From Eledone cirrhosa (Eukaryota): a stretch of 64,000 nt of DNA. Made by a program: the position numbers and the translations under genes. The notes beneath the pieces are model-generated. The model was not told the origin of the DNA. It saw nothing but the letters and a program-made list of their open reading frames with translations, and ran no database searches. The stretch is taken from assembly GCA_964016885.1 (NCBI GenBank), contig OZ024740.1, positions 407,092,001 through 407,156,000 on the forward strand, read 5' to 3'. Shown here piece by piece: positions 39,701 to 54,700 of this stretch (position 1 is the stretch's first letter; each line of letters starts with the position of its first letter).

Positions 39701-42700
39701 AGCTGGTCTCCCTGTTATGTCTACTTGGGGTAGTCATTCTCACATACATTTTCCCCATTCAGCAGCCTTTCTTAACAAACTTTCCAAGTGTGAGTGAGGG
39801 TAAGTGTGCTGTTATCATTTTGAATACTATTTTCTTCCACTCATATCTTAATTCATACTAATATATTGCTTTGCAATCTGGAACACTCTATTCCTCTTCA
39901 TCACATCTCTCTACTGTCCTCACAACTGTCTACTGTCTTCACATCTCACTGCTGTCTTCACATCTCTCTACTGTCCTCACATCTCTCTACTGTCCTCACA
40001 TCTCTCTACTGTCCTCACATCTCTCTACTGTCCTCACATCTCACTGCTGTCTTCACATCTCACTGCTGTCTTCACATCTCTCTACTGTCCTCACATCTCT
40101 CTACTGTCCTCACATCTCTCTACTGTCTTCACATCTCACTACTGCTTTCACATCTCACTACAGTCCTCACATCTCACTACAGTCCTCACATCTCACTACT
40201 GTCCTCACATCTCACTACTGTCCTCACATCTCACTACTGTCCTCACATCTCTCTTCTGTCCTCACATCTCTCTACTGTCTTCACATCTCACTACTGCTTT
40301 CACATCTCACTACAGTCCTCACATCTCACTACAGTCCTCACATCTCACTACTGTCCTCACATCTCACTACTGTCCTCACATCTCACTACTGTCCTCGCAT
40401 CTCACTACTGTCTTCACATCTCACTGCTGTCTTCACATCTCACTGCTGTCTTCACATCTCACTGCTGTCTTCACATCTCTCTGCTGTCTTCACATCTCTC
40501 TACTGTCTTCACATCTCGCTACTGTCCTCACAACTGTCTACTGTCCTCACATCTCACTACTGTCTTCACATCTCACTACTGTCCTCACATCTCACTACTG
40601 TCTTTACATCTCACTGCTGTCTTCACATCTCTCTACTGTCTTCACATCTCACTGCTGTCTTCACATCTCACTGCTGTCTTCACATCTCGCTACTGTCCTC
40701 ACATCTCACTACTGTCTTTACATCTCACTGCTGTCTTCACATCTCTCTACTGTCTTCACATCTCTCTACTGTCCTCACATCTCACTACTGTCTCCACATC
40801 TCACTACTGTCTTCACATCTAACTACTGTCTTCACATCTCACTACTGTCTTTACATCTCACTGCTGTCTTCACATCTCACTGCTGTCTTCACATCTCTCT
40901 ACTGTCTTCACATCTCTCTACTGTCCTCACATCTCTCTACTGTCTTCACATCTCTCTACTGTCTTCACATCTCTCAACTGTCCTCACATCTCTCTACTGT
41001 CTTTACATCTCACTGCTGTCTTCACATCTCTCTACTGTCCTCACATCTCTCTACTGTCTTCACATCTCTCAACTGTCCTCACATCTCTCTACTGTCTTTA
41101 CATCTCACTGCTGTCTTCACATCTCTCTACTGTCCTCACATCTCTCTACTGTCTTCACATCTCTCAACTGTCCTCACATCTCACTACTGTCTTCACATCT
41201 CTCTACTGTCTTTACATCTCACTGCTGTCTTCACATCTCTCTACTGTCCTCACATCTCTCTACTGTCTTCACATCTCTCTACTGTCCTCACATTTCTCTA
41301 CTGTCTTCACATCTCACTGCTGTCTTCACATCTCTCTACTGTCCTCACATCTCTCTACTGTCCTCACTACCGTCTTCACATCTCACTACCGTCTTCACAT
41401 CTCACTACCGTCTTCACATCTCACTACCGTCTTCACATCTCACTACCGTCTTCACATCTCACTACCATCTTTACATCTCTAATATTTACACCTTTCTACT
41501 ATATTCGCACATCACTACTCCCTTTATGTATCTCTATTAATATTCCCAGGTCTTACATCAAACCAATGGTTAGGACGTGTACAGATCATAAAAAGACACA
41601 ACATAACTTATTACCTTGATGGCGCGCACAATGAAGATAGTATAAAGGTTTGTTGAAGTCTTCTCTTTATTCCATATAAATACATGCTGTATATTACCAA
41701 ATATATAACAACCCTGAGAATTGTCTGATTATTGTTTTTCCTAATGAAACCTTCACACACAAAACTTCTATATCATTCATCAACATCATCATCATCTTTA
41801 CTTTTTATATCTTAAACTCTTCTGCTGTGGTTGGGAGGTTTATACTAAACAGGAAAAGATTGAAAAACACCTAATTTTCCTAAAGATCATCAGATTAAGG
41901 TTTGGTGTTGGTCGTGCAAAAGTCAATCTGGCAAAATGGGATATTTAAAGAATGGGGACGTTGTGTGTGACTGCAGCATCAAACTACAGACTACACAGCA
42001 CCTGATATGTCCCCTGCTGGAACACCCCTGTACAGCATTGGATGTGGCAGAGTTTAATTAGAAAGGACAGCAATATGTTCAGCTGTGGCAGAACCACATC
42101 TAGCTAAGCTTTGTAGCTGACACTCTTGTGGACACGATAAGAAGATCAGACTACAAAGTCAAAGACATCCTCCAGATCGATTAATGCCAGCTACAATGGC
42201 TTACTCTTAGCTAATAACTTACTTTTGTCATTGTCTTACTAAGAAAACATAGGTTGTACTACTTTCTGGCTCAACTCTAATTGCATGTTATCTTAGTTAA
42301 CTCTCTACCTAATCAGGTGTACAATAACTCTTTCTATTACTGTCATAACCTGATCCAATTGTTTGATAATTCTGTAGAAGCTTATTTACCATTGTAGTAG
42401 TTGACGATGCTATTGCTACACCAGTAATTAGGTTTGACACCATCTTGTACTATGTGATTGACTATGCAAAGGACTAGTGTAAGCTTTATTTTACCTGAGA
42501 TTTTGATTTTTTTCCACATTTCAATGACTATTCTTGACCATTCAGCTGCTTACCCTACATTTATATCATTAATTGAATCTTTGACTCTACAGCTGTAAAT
42601 TTCAATAGCTGGTCCCTCTGTTGTGTCAACTTGGGCTAGTCACTCTTGCACATATTCTCTGCATTCAGTAACTTCTCATGGTAATATTTCCAAGTCTCTA

Positions 42701-45700
42701 TCTTCTCGGTGCTACCGTTGTTCCAAAACATCTTGATTCCTAGTCACACTACTTGAAATCCAGAACACTTCAAGCTTCTGATTCTCTCATTGTGGAATAT
42801 TGACAAACTTCATTTTTCAGTTTCTCTTAATGCTATGTGTATTTGGTATCTAACTTTTTTTTTTTAATCTATCTAATATTTTTCTTGCTCCCACTCTTTT
42901 CTTATCTCTCCAGATCAATCTCTTAGCTTTTATCACTCTATCTACTGTACCATTCCACAGCAATGTTACATATTATCTGGATGGTCCTTTAGTCCAACCA
43001 TAGATCTGGTCTGTGGCTTACATTGTTGTAGAAGCTCCCAGTTGTTCAGTATATAAGCCTTTTAGCATTTAAACCGTCCGTATCTGGCCAGAATTGTGTT
43101 CAAACCAGCCATAACCAGCTGCTTATACTTATTCATACTGATATTAAGGTATTGTTTGCAAAATAAATAATATCAAAATCTCATACATTCAATATTATGT
43201 GAGATAAATGTTTACTGTGAAAATACAATAATAAATATAGAGTAATGTAAATGCTAAAGAGTTAAAATTATCTATCTCCCCTTCTCTCCCATCATCTTTG
43301 TCGACTATAACCCCTATGTCTGGTATTAGAATCTTTCACTGTTTTATACCTTCCTTCAAGTTATCTCTTGTCTTTGAACCTATCTTGTTTCTCTGGAGTC
43401 ACTATCACTAGTCTATGTTGAGTGGTACATTCTAAACTGGGGAAACAAAACTGGTTTGCTTCAGGAACCTGATTAGTAGATGATTAAGTGGTTGTCTGGC
43501 TGACTGGTTTCCTGGAGTTGGTGTGACAGATAGTTAGGCTATTTGCATCACAGAACTATAGGAGGCTTAATCCTTCCACATTCCTTGTACCATATCCAGA
43601 GTCTCTGTGTATGTCAGAGCAGTTTAATAATGCTTATGTACAAATATATAAATCAGTCATTTGCTTTATTAGTTTCATCAAGTGACTTAAAAAGTATTGA
43701 TGCACATCTACTTCAGTTCTATAAACAAAGTATATGTTTGAATTGCTTTGGAGCTGTTACACATCCTTATAATAGCATCCAAATAGACTCCAAATCACAA
43801 CCGACCATCTTAAAGAGGAAAGGATGCATTGGATAATGGGGTTTTAGATTAACTATACCTTAACTTAAGATGGGATGGTCATGGCTAGAATGCTTTTGAT
43901 TACAGGTTTGCACAATCAAGGTTAAACAACAATAACAACATATATAGCCTTGTTACATAATTTTGTTACATATTTTTCAGTTATGTTGTAAATGGTTTAA
44001 AAAAAAGTCAGCTGAAGAGACAATATCTTTATCGTAAGTTCCATTTTTCTTTATATTAATATTCTACTTTGTACCATATTATGGTAAATGTTTATACAGC
44101 TAGGCCAAGTCCCCAATAGTGTTTAACTCAAAACATAGCAAAAGTAAAGTAAAGTAAATAATTGTTTCTACTTTTGGCACAAGGCCAGCAATTACCCCAG
44201 TGCATTACTGGTACTTTATTTTATCAACTCCATAAGGATGAAAGGCAAAGTTAACCACGGCAGGATTTGAACTCGGAACGTAAAAGGCCATAACTCAATG
44301 CTGAAGAGCATGATGTCTGACACTCTACCAATACTGCCAATCTACCTCTGTAAAGTAAAGTAAATAATGCTCTGCTGTTTTTAGTAATTCACCAACTATT
44401 GATAGCGACAGATGGCCTTGAAGGGTGGCATATTGTTGATTATATTGACCCATGTGTTTTATTAAGGGATATATTAGCCGATTCTTTGAAATTTTAATAT
44501 TTGTATTTTTTGTTTCAGTGATAACCAAAAAGTTGTGAAAATTTTGATGTTTAATATCACAGGGGCACGTAACTCTCTTGATTTACTGACTCATCTAAAG
44601 GTAAGTATTTTTATTCATAGGAATAATACGGCTTCTTGTATAGACATAGAGGTTGTAGCATTCATACCTTTTTGTAGAGCAATGCTGGTTCTAAATCGGG
44701 TCTTTCTCCAAATAAAACTGATTGGGATGAATTATGTTCCTTGGTCATTTGGCACAAGACTTGCAATTTGAAAGGAAGGGTAAAGTCGATTACATTGACC
44801 CCAGTGCATTGTTGGTACTTTATTTTATCGACTTCGAAAGGATGAAAGAGAAAGTTGATCTTGGTGTGATTTGAACTCCGAACATAAAGAGCTGTAACTA
44901 AATACCACAAGATATTTTTGTTCAACATAACAACAACACAATAATAATAATAATTCTTTCTAACATAGGCAAAAGACCAGCAATTTCAAGGAAGGATAAA
45001 ATGAATTATATGAACTCAGTACATAACTGGTACTTTATTTTATTGACCTTGGCATGATTTGAACTCCGGTTGTAAAGGGTCTTAACTAAATACTGTAAGG
45101 TAGTTTGTCTGTTCTAATGATCATGCCTCTTAAAATGATATAAATGAAATATTTCTAATAAAAATAATAACAAGAATAATGATTACTTATATTGGCTCAA
45201 ACCAATAAATTGGCATGAACAAGAAGCTGAGAAATATCAAGCTGTCAAATGTGAGCTTGTAACTTTGTGATCCCCCCAAAGAGACTGATGTAATAGTTTT
45301 ATTGATACTTTCTAAGAATAATGTTTTAAAAAGTTAGGTACATTGCTTGCTTAAAATAGGAATTAAGTTAACCCTTATTAGGTTAATTAAAAATATGACA
45401 CCTATGACACCGGACTCTATTACAACCATGGAATTTACACCTGCAATGCTGCGACGTCACCTAAAAAATAAACGCAACCATGCCTCTCCTGGTCTTGATG
45501 GTGTTACGTACCTGCTTCTTAAACGTGGTGGGTACTTCCTTCTACACCAGTTATCACGCTTCTTCCAATTCTGTCTGAACAACAGTGCTACTCCAGAACA
45601 GTGGAAAACTGCCAGTGTAATTCCTCTGTTCAAAAAGGGTGACCGCACATCACCTGTGAACTATCGTCCAGTCAGTCTTACTAGTTGCATCGCCAAACTG

Positions 45701-48700
45701 ATGGAATCCTGTGTCAGAGAAACACTTTGGAACTTCTGGAGCTCTCACAGTCTTATCCGGCCCTCGCAATTTGGATTTATCCCCAACTCCAGCTGCTGTG
45801 ATCAACTTATAGAGTTTCTTGAGGACATCACCCGGATCACTGATGGCGGCTCATGGGTGGATGTTGTTTACCTTGACTTTGCGAAGGCCTTCAATTCTGT
45901 GCCGCACAAAAGGCTTATGGCAAAACTCTCTGCAATGGGTGTGAAGGATGATCTTTTTAACTGGTTGAAGTCCTTCATTCTCAGTCGAAGAGAGGTAGTC
46001 ACGGTTCTGGGACAGCATTCCTCACCATATGAGATGTCATCTGGTGTACCTCAGGGATCTGTTCTTGGCCCCCTTTTGTTTGTGGCATATATTAATGACA
46101 TAGATGCCAACTTAAGGAATGCCACAGTACTAAAGTATGCAGACGACATCAAGCTGTACCTTGAGATAAAAAGGACAGATCCTGAACACTATAGATCTTG
46201 CTTGCAGTCTGGCCTGGACACAATGCAACAGTGGATCTCAGACTGGCAACTCAAGCTAGCTGTGGACAAGTGCACCACCATGCATTTTGGGAGTAAAAAC
46301 CCAGCGTCCACATACTCCCTCCACAGCACTAATATCAAGAAGTCTTCCTGTGAACGTGACCTGGGCATTACGGTCAGCAGCGATTTGCATTGGACGAGGC
46401 ACGTCTCTAAAATTGTCAAGAGGGCCGAGGGTGTCTTAGCATCACTCAGCAAGACCTTTGTCAGCCGCTCTCCAGATATCTATTTAAGGCTGTATACAGC
46501 TATGGTGCGACCACACTTAGAATTTGCATCACCAGTCTGGAACCCCTATCTTGCTCAGGACATTGACCGCCTGGAAACTGTTCAGAGATGTGCAACCAAG
46601 CGAATACCCTCCATCAGGCATCTACCATACTCTGAGTGCCTTGCTTCCCTGGGCATGGATTCATTGAAGCTCCGACGCCTGGCAACTGACTTGGTAAACA
46701 CCCACAAAATTGTTAACCATGTTGCCAACAACAACCCTGAGTGCCTTTTCGATTTCCATGTGTCTAACACACGTGGACATGCCCACAAAGTAAGAAAACA
46801 GCACAGTTCCCATGACTTTCGGAAACATTTTTTCACGCTCGGAGTTGCTGAAGCATAGAACAAACTACCTGCATCAGTTGTTAGCTGTCGAGACACTGCA
46901 TCCTTTAAGGCCTCCATGCTTCCCGAGATCCGCCAACACTACAGCTAACACATACAAACATGTACTTCCCTGGCATTTGTGTATTATTCTATGTACTATA
47001 TTGACGAGTTGTAGTGCACCTGAGCACTTTACACAATAATTTCATTATTATTTTTATTATTATAGTGTATTTCTCATGAAATACACTATATTTTAATTAT
47101 TTTATGAAAATTGTTGAGGGAATTACTAAAACTATTAATTATTTCATTACTAAAATAGAAACTTACTGTATGGTTCTTATAAGAAACTATAGAAGATTTT
47201 AATTTAAATAAAAACCCTTTAAGATGGGTGGTTTTGCTTCTATAAAACCAAGGGCCGTTTTGGCTGGGTTGGTATAAAAGGGGTTAAGGACATACAAAAA
47301 TTACTTTGTTAAAACTAAGCTAATAAAGAAGCCTTTATGATTGTTCAACTTGTTAGAAATACCAACCACATCTCCTTCAAAATATATCCTATCTTTTTAG
47401 GAAGAGAATGGCACATTAAATAATGTAGTCTTAGATACATTATGTCTAAAAAAAAAAGACGCAGTTTATAATGTGGTTAGCCTTGAGTACACTATACCTG
47501 AGAAAAAAATGGAAATGATATGACTGGAATGGTTTCAACCATATGTCTACTTGACCAAGGGTAATTTGGCACTAAACATCAGAAACTTTAGAAGAACCAG
47601 TTAGTCCTCAAAAGCATATTCTAATTGTGGTATGACAAACTCGTGCACTTCAACTGCACCATGACACATGCTACAAATACGCCAAAGAAACAGTCATGCA
47701 TATTTACCCCACACATGAGTAACACAAACTAACAAGGGGGCTTCTACATAGTCACTCAATCTACTTACACCTATATCTCCCTCAGATTACATCATACCTA
47801 AAAAAAATGGGAAAATGCATTGGATAATATTGTTTTACATACACTGCACATGAAAAATGATGAGATGGTCACAACATGAATACCTTTGATCAGGTCTGCT
47901 CAGTCAGAGCTAACTTGGTGCTAAACAACATAAGTACTACATAATCAATGTCTGATATCTGATTGGAAGGTGAATATACTTGATTACATTGATCCATTAC
48001 TTGCTGCTTTATTATATCAACCACCCTTACAAGGATCAATAACGTATCAATACTGGATTGATGGAATCAACAATATTCTTGCTCTCATATGTGTGGCTTT
48101 GTGTTTATATCAGAAATCAATATGATTACATTTTAAATTATAATTTTTAAAAAATTAATAATTGAGTTATAAAATTGAAACATTATTTTAAAAATTATTT
48201 TTCAGGAATGTAATTTTGATTTGGCTGTTTTTACACCAAACATATGCTACAGTGAGGAAGTTATATCAGGTATGCATATTATTTCATTTCAAACTGGGGA
48301 TTGCTATGGGACAACCTGCTGGAAGCCACAAACCAGGTCTGTCACTGGAGCAAGGTCCCAGCAAGATGGAGGGTGATGTGGTGGTGAAATGATAAGGTAG
48401 ATAAAGCTATAAAACCCAAAAGACAAGCCTGGAGAAAAGGGAGAGGTAGAGAGCAATACCACATAGATACAGGTCAGGTACCAGGTATACCTAGCGAGGG
48501 CAGAGGCAGAAACGAAGTTTGCACGTGTCCTGTATTGTGAAGATTGAGGTGTGAAACATTCTGGATTGTAAGACAGTGTACTAGAGGAAATCGTTATGTG
48601 GTTGGGGAAATGTGCATTCAAAATGATAGTGCTTTGTCTGATGTTGAAAAGGAGGAGGCATAGAAGATGTACTATGAGAGGCTGCTGAATGAAGAGGATA

Positions 48701-51700
48701 AATGGGACAGCAAGGGCTTCTTACCTCATACAGACACAACTGAGCTATAACTTCATAACTATCTCCCTCTTCTATTGCCCCCTCCCCCTCCTCCCCCCAA
48801 TACACACATACCACAGAGCAGAGAGGGCTCTTCAGTTGGGACTGTGACCAACAACCTCTGTTGTGACAGAAAAAAGCCTGCCAAAAATAAGAGTTGGACA
48901 GAGCCTCCAGTTGTTTCAAAACATGCCAATCTCCCTAGTGTTGGTGATCTACATGATAAATGCTCCCAGTACATGCTGTAAAATGGTTGATGATAGGAAG
49001 GGCCTCCAACCATAGAAAGCTTGCCTTCAGTTGTGTCAAAGATGAAATACAATTGACAGAACATGGGACCATATGTAAGCAAGATGCCCCCATCTCCTGT
49101 CTGGAGGTCAGTAGCCTCGCTTTAGTATAGTCTCTGTTTTTGAAGACTCGTTCAACCCTTGCCAGCAGTGAACATTAAATAATTGTTTCTACTTTTGGCA
49201 CAAGGCCAGCAATTACCTAGTGCATTACTGGTACTTTATCGACCCCGTAATGATAAAGGCAAAGTTAACCTCGGCGTAATTTGAACTCAGAATAGCAATG
49301 TCTGTAACCCTATGCGTCAAAGCATGGTGTCTGACCCTCTACCGATACTGCTGAAACTGCTTGAAATGAGTAATTGGTAATTCAATATAATCTGTTATAG
49401 ATATTCTGATTTCTGTCTGTTATGTTAGTAGGTCAGACAGTAAATGGATATCCTTTAGCTATGACAATAAGTATTGGGTTTTTCTTTCAATCGAATTACC
49501 TTCTCATTGAATTTACATGTAAATGGCTGAGTATGACAGAACTATGTGTACTCAAGCAGAGTGTATGAAAAAATAGACCTTTGAATTATAGCTACAAACC
49601 ATTCAACTGGCCTTTGCCCTCTTTTCTCTGGGATCTGGAGTTATGAAGTAAACTACTTAACCATTCAACCATGTTAAATTATACATTGTAGATCAAATAG
49701 ACAATCTAATTTTATACATTGCATTTTATCATTTTTGCAATAGGGGTTACATTTTATCTACCTGTATTATTGGCACCTGCATAAGGTTATCAGATTACAT
49801 GCTTCGGTGTTTGTTATAGCTCTCAAATCCTGCCATAGTCAACTTTTCCTTTCATCCTTTCAGGGTTGATAAAGTACCTGGCCAGCACTAGGGTTGATTT
49901 TTCCTCTATCTCTCATATTCCTTTCCTGGAAAAAACAGCTATTGTATGACATGGAGAGGGATGGGCTCCATCAGGTTTAAAATGCCCAAGACAAGCTGTG
50001 TGCCAGGATGGTGTCCCTGTTAAATTATCAAGAATTCAGTTCTTTCCTCTCCTTGTTTATGTTAGTATCTAGAACTTTTTATATATTTTTAACTGTCACT
50101 AGATTTGAATCAGTAAATATTCTTTTAAATGTTGAATTTGTTACCAGCTAACTTTGAAAAAAAGGCTATAGTTGATTAAATAGAATGTAGTGTATTGCTG
50201 GTATCTATAAACCTTTAAGGAATGAAATTGAAGACAATTATGACAGTATTTATATTTTGAATATAAAGAAACAAATTATTTCTTCATTGCATATTTATTT
50301 ATCCTTAACTTTTTATTGTTCCATGCATTAAATATGCTAACACTGACTTAAGCTGTTTGACACTGCTAAATCATTTTATATTAGTTTATAGGTACTATGT
50401 ACCTGTATGTTATCTGGGGTACCTCCACTTAATTCATCCAATTTACTCTCAACCTCCAAATAGTTCTAAACTAGCAGTAGTACCTGGCATTGCACAGGAA
50501 AGGAGTGACTGTTGGTGGACAATTTCTTGGAAAATAATAATTGAAATTTTCCATAAATATATTATTTGAAACATGTTTATATTTAGTGTGTGTATGTCTA
50601 CATGTGCACACATGTGAGTATGTGTGCTCATGAACATGCAAGTTTTGTTTTTGACCTATAATATAGTAATTCAGTAAATAGAGATCAATAATAAATCACA
50701 GATTGAAATAATTACTAGCATTAATATGATCACCAAAACTCTTTGAGACACTGTCCCTGTATAACTACAGACCAGTTGAATGTCTAAGTCTAAAGTCTGT
50801 CTTAAGCTAGAAGGCTCGTTAGGTTAGTACTTATCCTGGTTTCATGGCATGAAGCAACTGAGAGTACAAGGCATCCCACCCACTGGACAGGACGCCAGTC
50901 CATCACAGGGTTAAACCCCCAGCTATTGCTGGTACACATTTTCTGTTGAGTATACTGGAGCAACGTGAAATGAAATGTTTTGCTCAAGACCACAACACTC
51001 AAACCAGGAATTGAACCTATGAGATTATGATCGTAAGTCCAACACCCTTACCTCTGGGCCACACACCTCCACCTCGACCAGTTGAATGACTGAAACCAAA
51101 TCAGTGACAGATCTGATCCATTTTTATTGTTGTTCATTTGCCTTGTTGATTGTATGAGTATGGAGCTAAAACATCATGGTACCTCATCACCCTTAACCTT
51201 TTAGCATTCACATTACTTTATATTTACTATTGTATTTTCACAGAAAAGGCTTTACCTCACATAGTATGGAATCTATGAGATTTTGATAATATTTATTTTG
51301 AGAACAATACCTTAAAGTCGGTATGAGGGGCCAGTTATGGCTGGTTTGAACAGGAAGAAGTGAGAGAATTCTGGCTGGATACGACCAGTTTAAATGCTAA
51401 AGGGTTAAACATGGACAGTAATCAATTAGAAGAGTCTTTGTGTTCTTCACTCCAAATTCTCTGCCGCACTTTCACTAAGGATCTCGTATGATAAATGCAC
51501 ATCCTAAACATAACTGTATCTTGCACCTCTCATCATCTATATTGTGTCCAATCTCCAAGGCCCTGCACTAACCACTCTATCTAGTCCTTCTTCCCCAGAT
51601 TAACATCCCTCTGGAAGTCTTTTATGCAGGAATTAACTTGCAACAATTTAAACTGCATGTCAACAGCTTCAGTTTCTTCAGTCTCAGAGTGCCTGCAATA

Positions 51701-54700
51701 TATGTGTGTGTGTGTGTATATATCATCATCATCATCATCATCATCAACGTTTAACGTCCGTGTTCCACGCTTGCATGGGTTTGGACAGGGGTAGTCCCAC
51801 TTGAGGCAAGAGTGATTTTCTTGCTCGCATAGGACTGTCTGGCAGGTTTTCTACAGTTGGATGCCCTTCCTAACACCAACCACATTTACAGTGTGGGTCT
51901 GGGAGGTTTTTACCGTGTTGCCTACACGGCCACATTACAGCGTGGACTGTGTGTTTTTTTGTCGTGACACCTACACGATCTCATTTGTTTCGGCCTGGAT
52001 GGCGCGGCACCAACATAACTTTACATAGAACGGGGTGGTGTGGATGGGGTGGGGGTGGTGGTGGTGGGACGGGGTGTATTTTGTTAGAGATGCCTACTGG
52101 CAAGGCAGGTCTTCTCTATTACTGAGTACCGCCAAAGGTCTCGGTCCAGTGACATTGTCTTGGTGAGGTGTAAGTGTGTGAGGTCGGTGTTTATCAGCTC
52201 GTCCCAGGTTTTTCTGGGTCTGCCTATTCCGTGGCTACCGTCTATCTTTATTGCCCTGCACTTTGTTATACAGCTATCATCCTTCATGCGCATCACGTGA
52301 CCATACCAACGTAGCCTTCTCTCTAGTAAACAACATCTGATCCCTCTTATTTCTAATATATATATAAGGTATGACTCTCTTTATTATTATTATTTTTTAT
52401 ATGAAATACTGATTGATCTTCCTTATATCCCATGTCTGATTTAGCCTTAGAGAATAACTATGTGTGTATATGGGTGGTCCATACATGTATTTATTATGTT
52501 TTAATATCTCTATATGTGCATTGATTGTGTATACATATAGTTATTCTTTTAATATCCAATTGAGTTCTTAAACACGTGGTTATGATACCTAACAGGTTTA
52601 AATGACCAGCGTTGTATATTGTTTTATATTTTAAGATGACCTCCCCTTACCCCCTTGGGGGCAGCGTGTATTTTATCTTTGAGTGGACTGCTGGATTTTC
52701 GAATCTACCAGTCTCTTTTTAGTGCTGAAGGAGACCATCACTAATCTATTAATGTCGATGTAATTCTTATATCGATATTATTTGGGGATCCACTGATGAG
52801 TTTATAAGAGCCCGCTTGTGTATAAAACTATGGATTATATACAAGTGTCTACATAACCTGGAAATTATTTATCCCAAATTGTAAAAATCTTATAACGAAA
52901 CGGCCGTCTGGAAGGAAAGAGATATTTATTTAATAATGTCTCATAAAATAATACAACCAGCTATCCACGCAATACTGATTAGTTAGCACCCCAAACACTA
53001 AATTGGGATAATACTTAGGTATATCCTAATGTTTGTTGAGTGAGATGGAGTTGGTCAGAGTATCGCTTAAGGCTTTCTCTGTTAATGTATTAAATATATA
53101 TATATAATCATCATCATCATCATCATTTTACGTCCGCTTTTCCCTGCTTGCAAGGGTGGGACATATATATGTATATATAATATTTGTTATAATATTGCCA
53201 GAAATAATAAAACACACTCACTGTTTGGTTTGGGTTGGTTTTCGCTGTGTGATGTCACAAATGTGTGATGAAACAATTTTGATAGACTATATATCTATTT
53301 TTTAACTGTTGGTCAATCAATGATAAACATGATTGCTAGCTAAATTAACTATAGGGATATAAAATATACGGAAGCGAAAACCAACCCAAACCAAACAGTG
53401 AGTGTGTTTTATTATTATTTCTGGCAATAACATAACAATATGACCTTCCTCGAATGTAACAATATTTGTTTCAACACACGATTTCATATAAAAAAAACCT
53501 TGCAAAACAAATTCATCGCTGGTATATATACATGTGTGTTATATACACATGTGTATATCCCTGAGAAAAAGGAAGAGAGTGAGAAAGAGAAGGTGTAAAA
53601 GAGAAATAGAGAGAGCAAATGAAAAGAGAAGACACAAACAAACATTCCCTGGGTAAGAGGCAGGTGTATCATCTGGGATGTGAGTCAGTGACTCTTTTGT
53701 TCCCTCCCACAACATGGATGCTGCGGTGAAGGCACATGGCTTAGTGGTTAGAGCATTGTGCTTGCAATCGAAAGGTTGTGAGTTCAATTCTCGGACTGGG
53801 TGATGTGTTGTTTCCTTGAGCAAGACACTTTTCATGTTGATCCAGTTTACTCAGCTGTAGAAATGAGATGATAGGACTGGGGTCCCTATCATTAAATCAC
53901 CCAAGACACCTCCAATAAGATATACCTTGGAGGAGGCCAGCTAAACCTGCATAGGTGTGAGCTGTCACACATGCACACACAATGCTGCGGTAAGGGTCAT
54001 TGCTTTTGTTGCTGAACAGAATACCGGAAACTATCAAACAATTATCTTTTGCAGCCTGTAGTGTTTGAAACATTTGGTGGAGCTGGGTCAGTGACAGTGA
54101 AGTTTTTGTGATCATTAGCGGCTTGTCTTACCAAAGTGTCAAATGATGCTTGTGAGGCTGCCCGGTTGTTTCAATGCCTTAGCCTCATCATCATCCACGG
54201 TAAAGCGTGTTGGCTTGCCTCAAAATTTCCCTTTGATGTGTGGCCAATTGTTGCACTTGGTGGTGATGTTCCTTTGATTGTATATTTTGGTTCCTAGCAA
54301 TAGTTAATTGTATTTATTATGTTTATTTTTTCATTCTGAAAGAATTATAATCAATTTGTAATGTTATTTATACAACTGTGAATAAAATATTTAATTCAAA
54401 TATATATTAACATATATAAGTATTTATTGAAGTAATCTTTCTAAACATGAAATTGAAAATGCTGAAGATTTTTACATAAGAAATAACAGTTTTATTTGTC
54501 ATTCTATATATTTGTTGTTTTTGTTCTTCAGATCAATTAAAACTAGCTGTTACTGCAGAAGCTGCCACCAAAGTTTGCCAGACAAATGAACAGAATTGGA
54601 GAGACCTTCAATATAACAAAAACTGTGAAGACCAAGACAAATTTCTTCATAATAATCATATATTAAATGAACAATCAAATTCAGCTGTGTTATCAGAATC

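Noticed and set aside
39866-41619. 318-aa and 582-aa ORFs
   Set aside because: Stop-free by-products of the 19-bp repeat; the true exon 9 is in another frame.
41865-41900. Minus-strand CTGATGA-TCTTTAG-GAAA
   Set aside because: Stem II cannot form and there is no compatible stem I or III.
45347-46858. 503-aa RT ORF as a domesticated gene or intact element
   Set aside because: 5'-truncated with no endonuclease, N-terminus read from flanking DNA, premature stop, and near-identical fragments elsewhere in the window.
53728-53800. tRNA gene
   Set aside because: A and B boxes are present, but the sequence runs into a SINE body found elsewhere in the window; no convincing cloverleaf.
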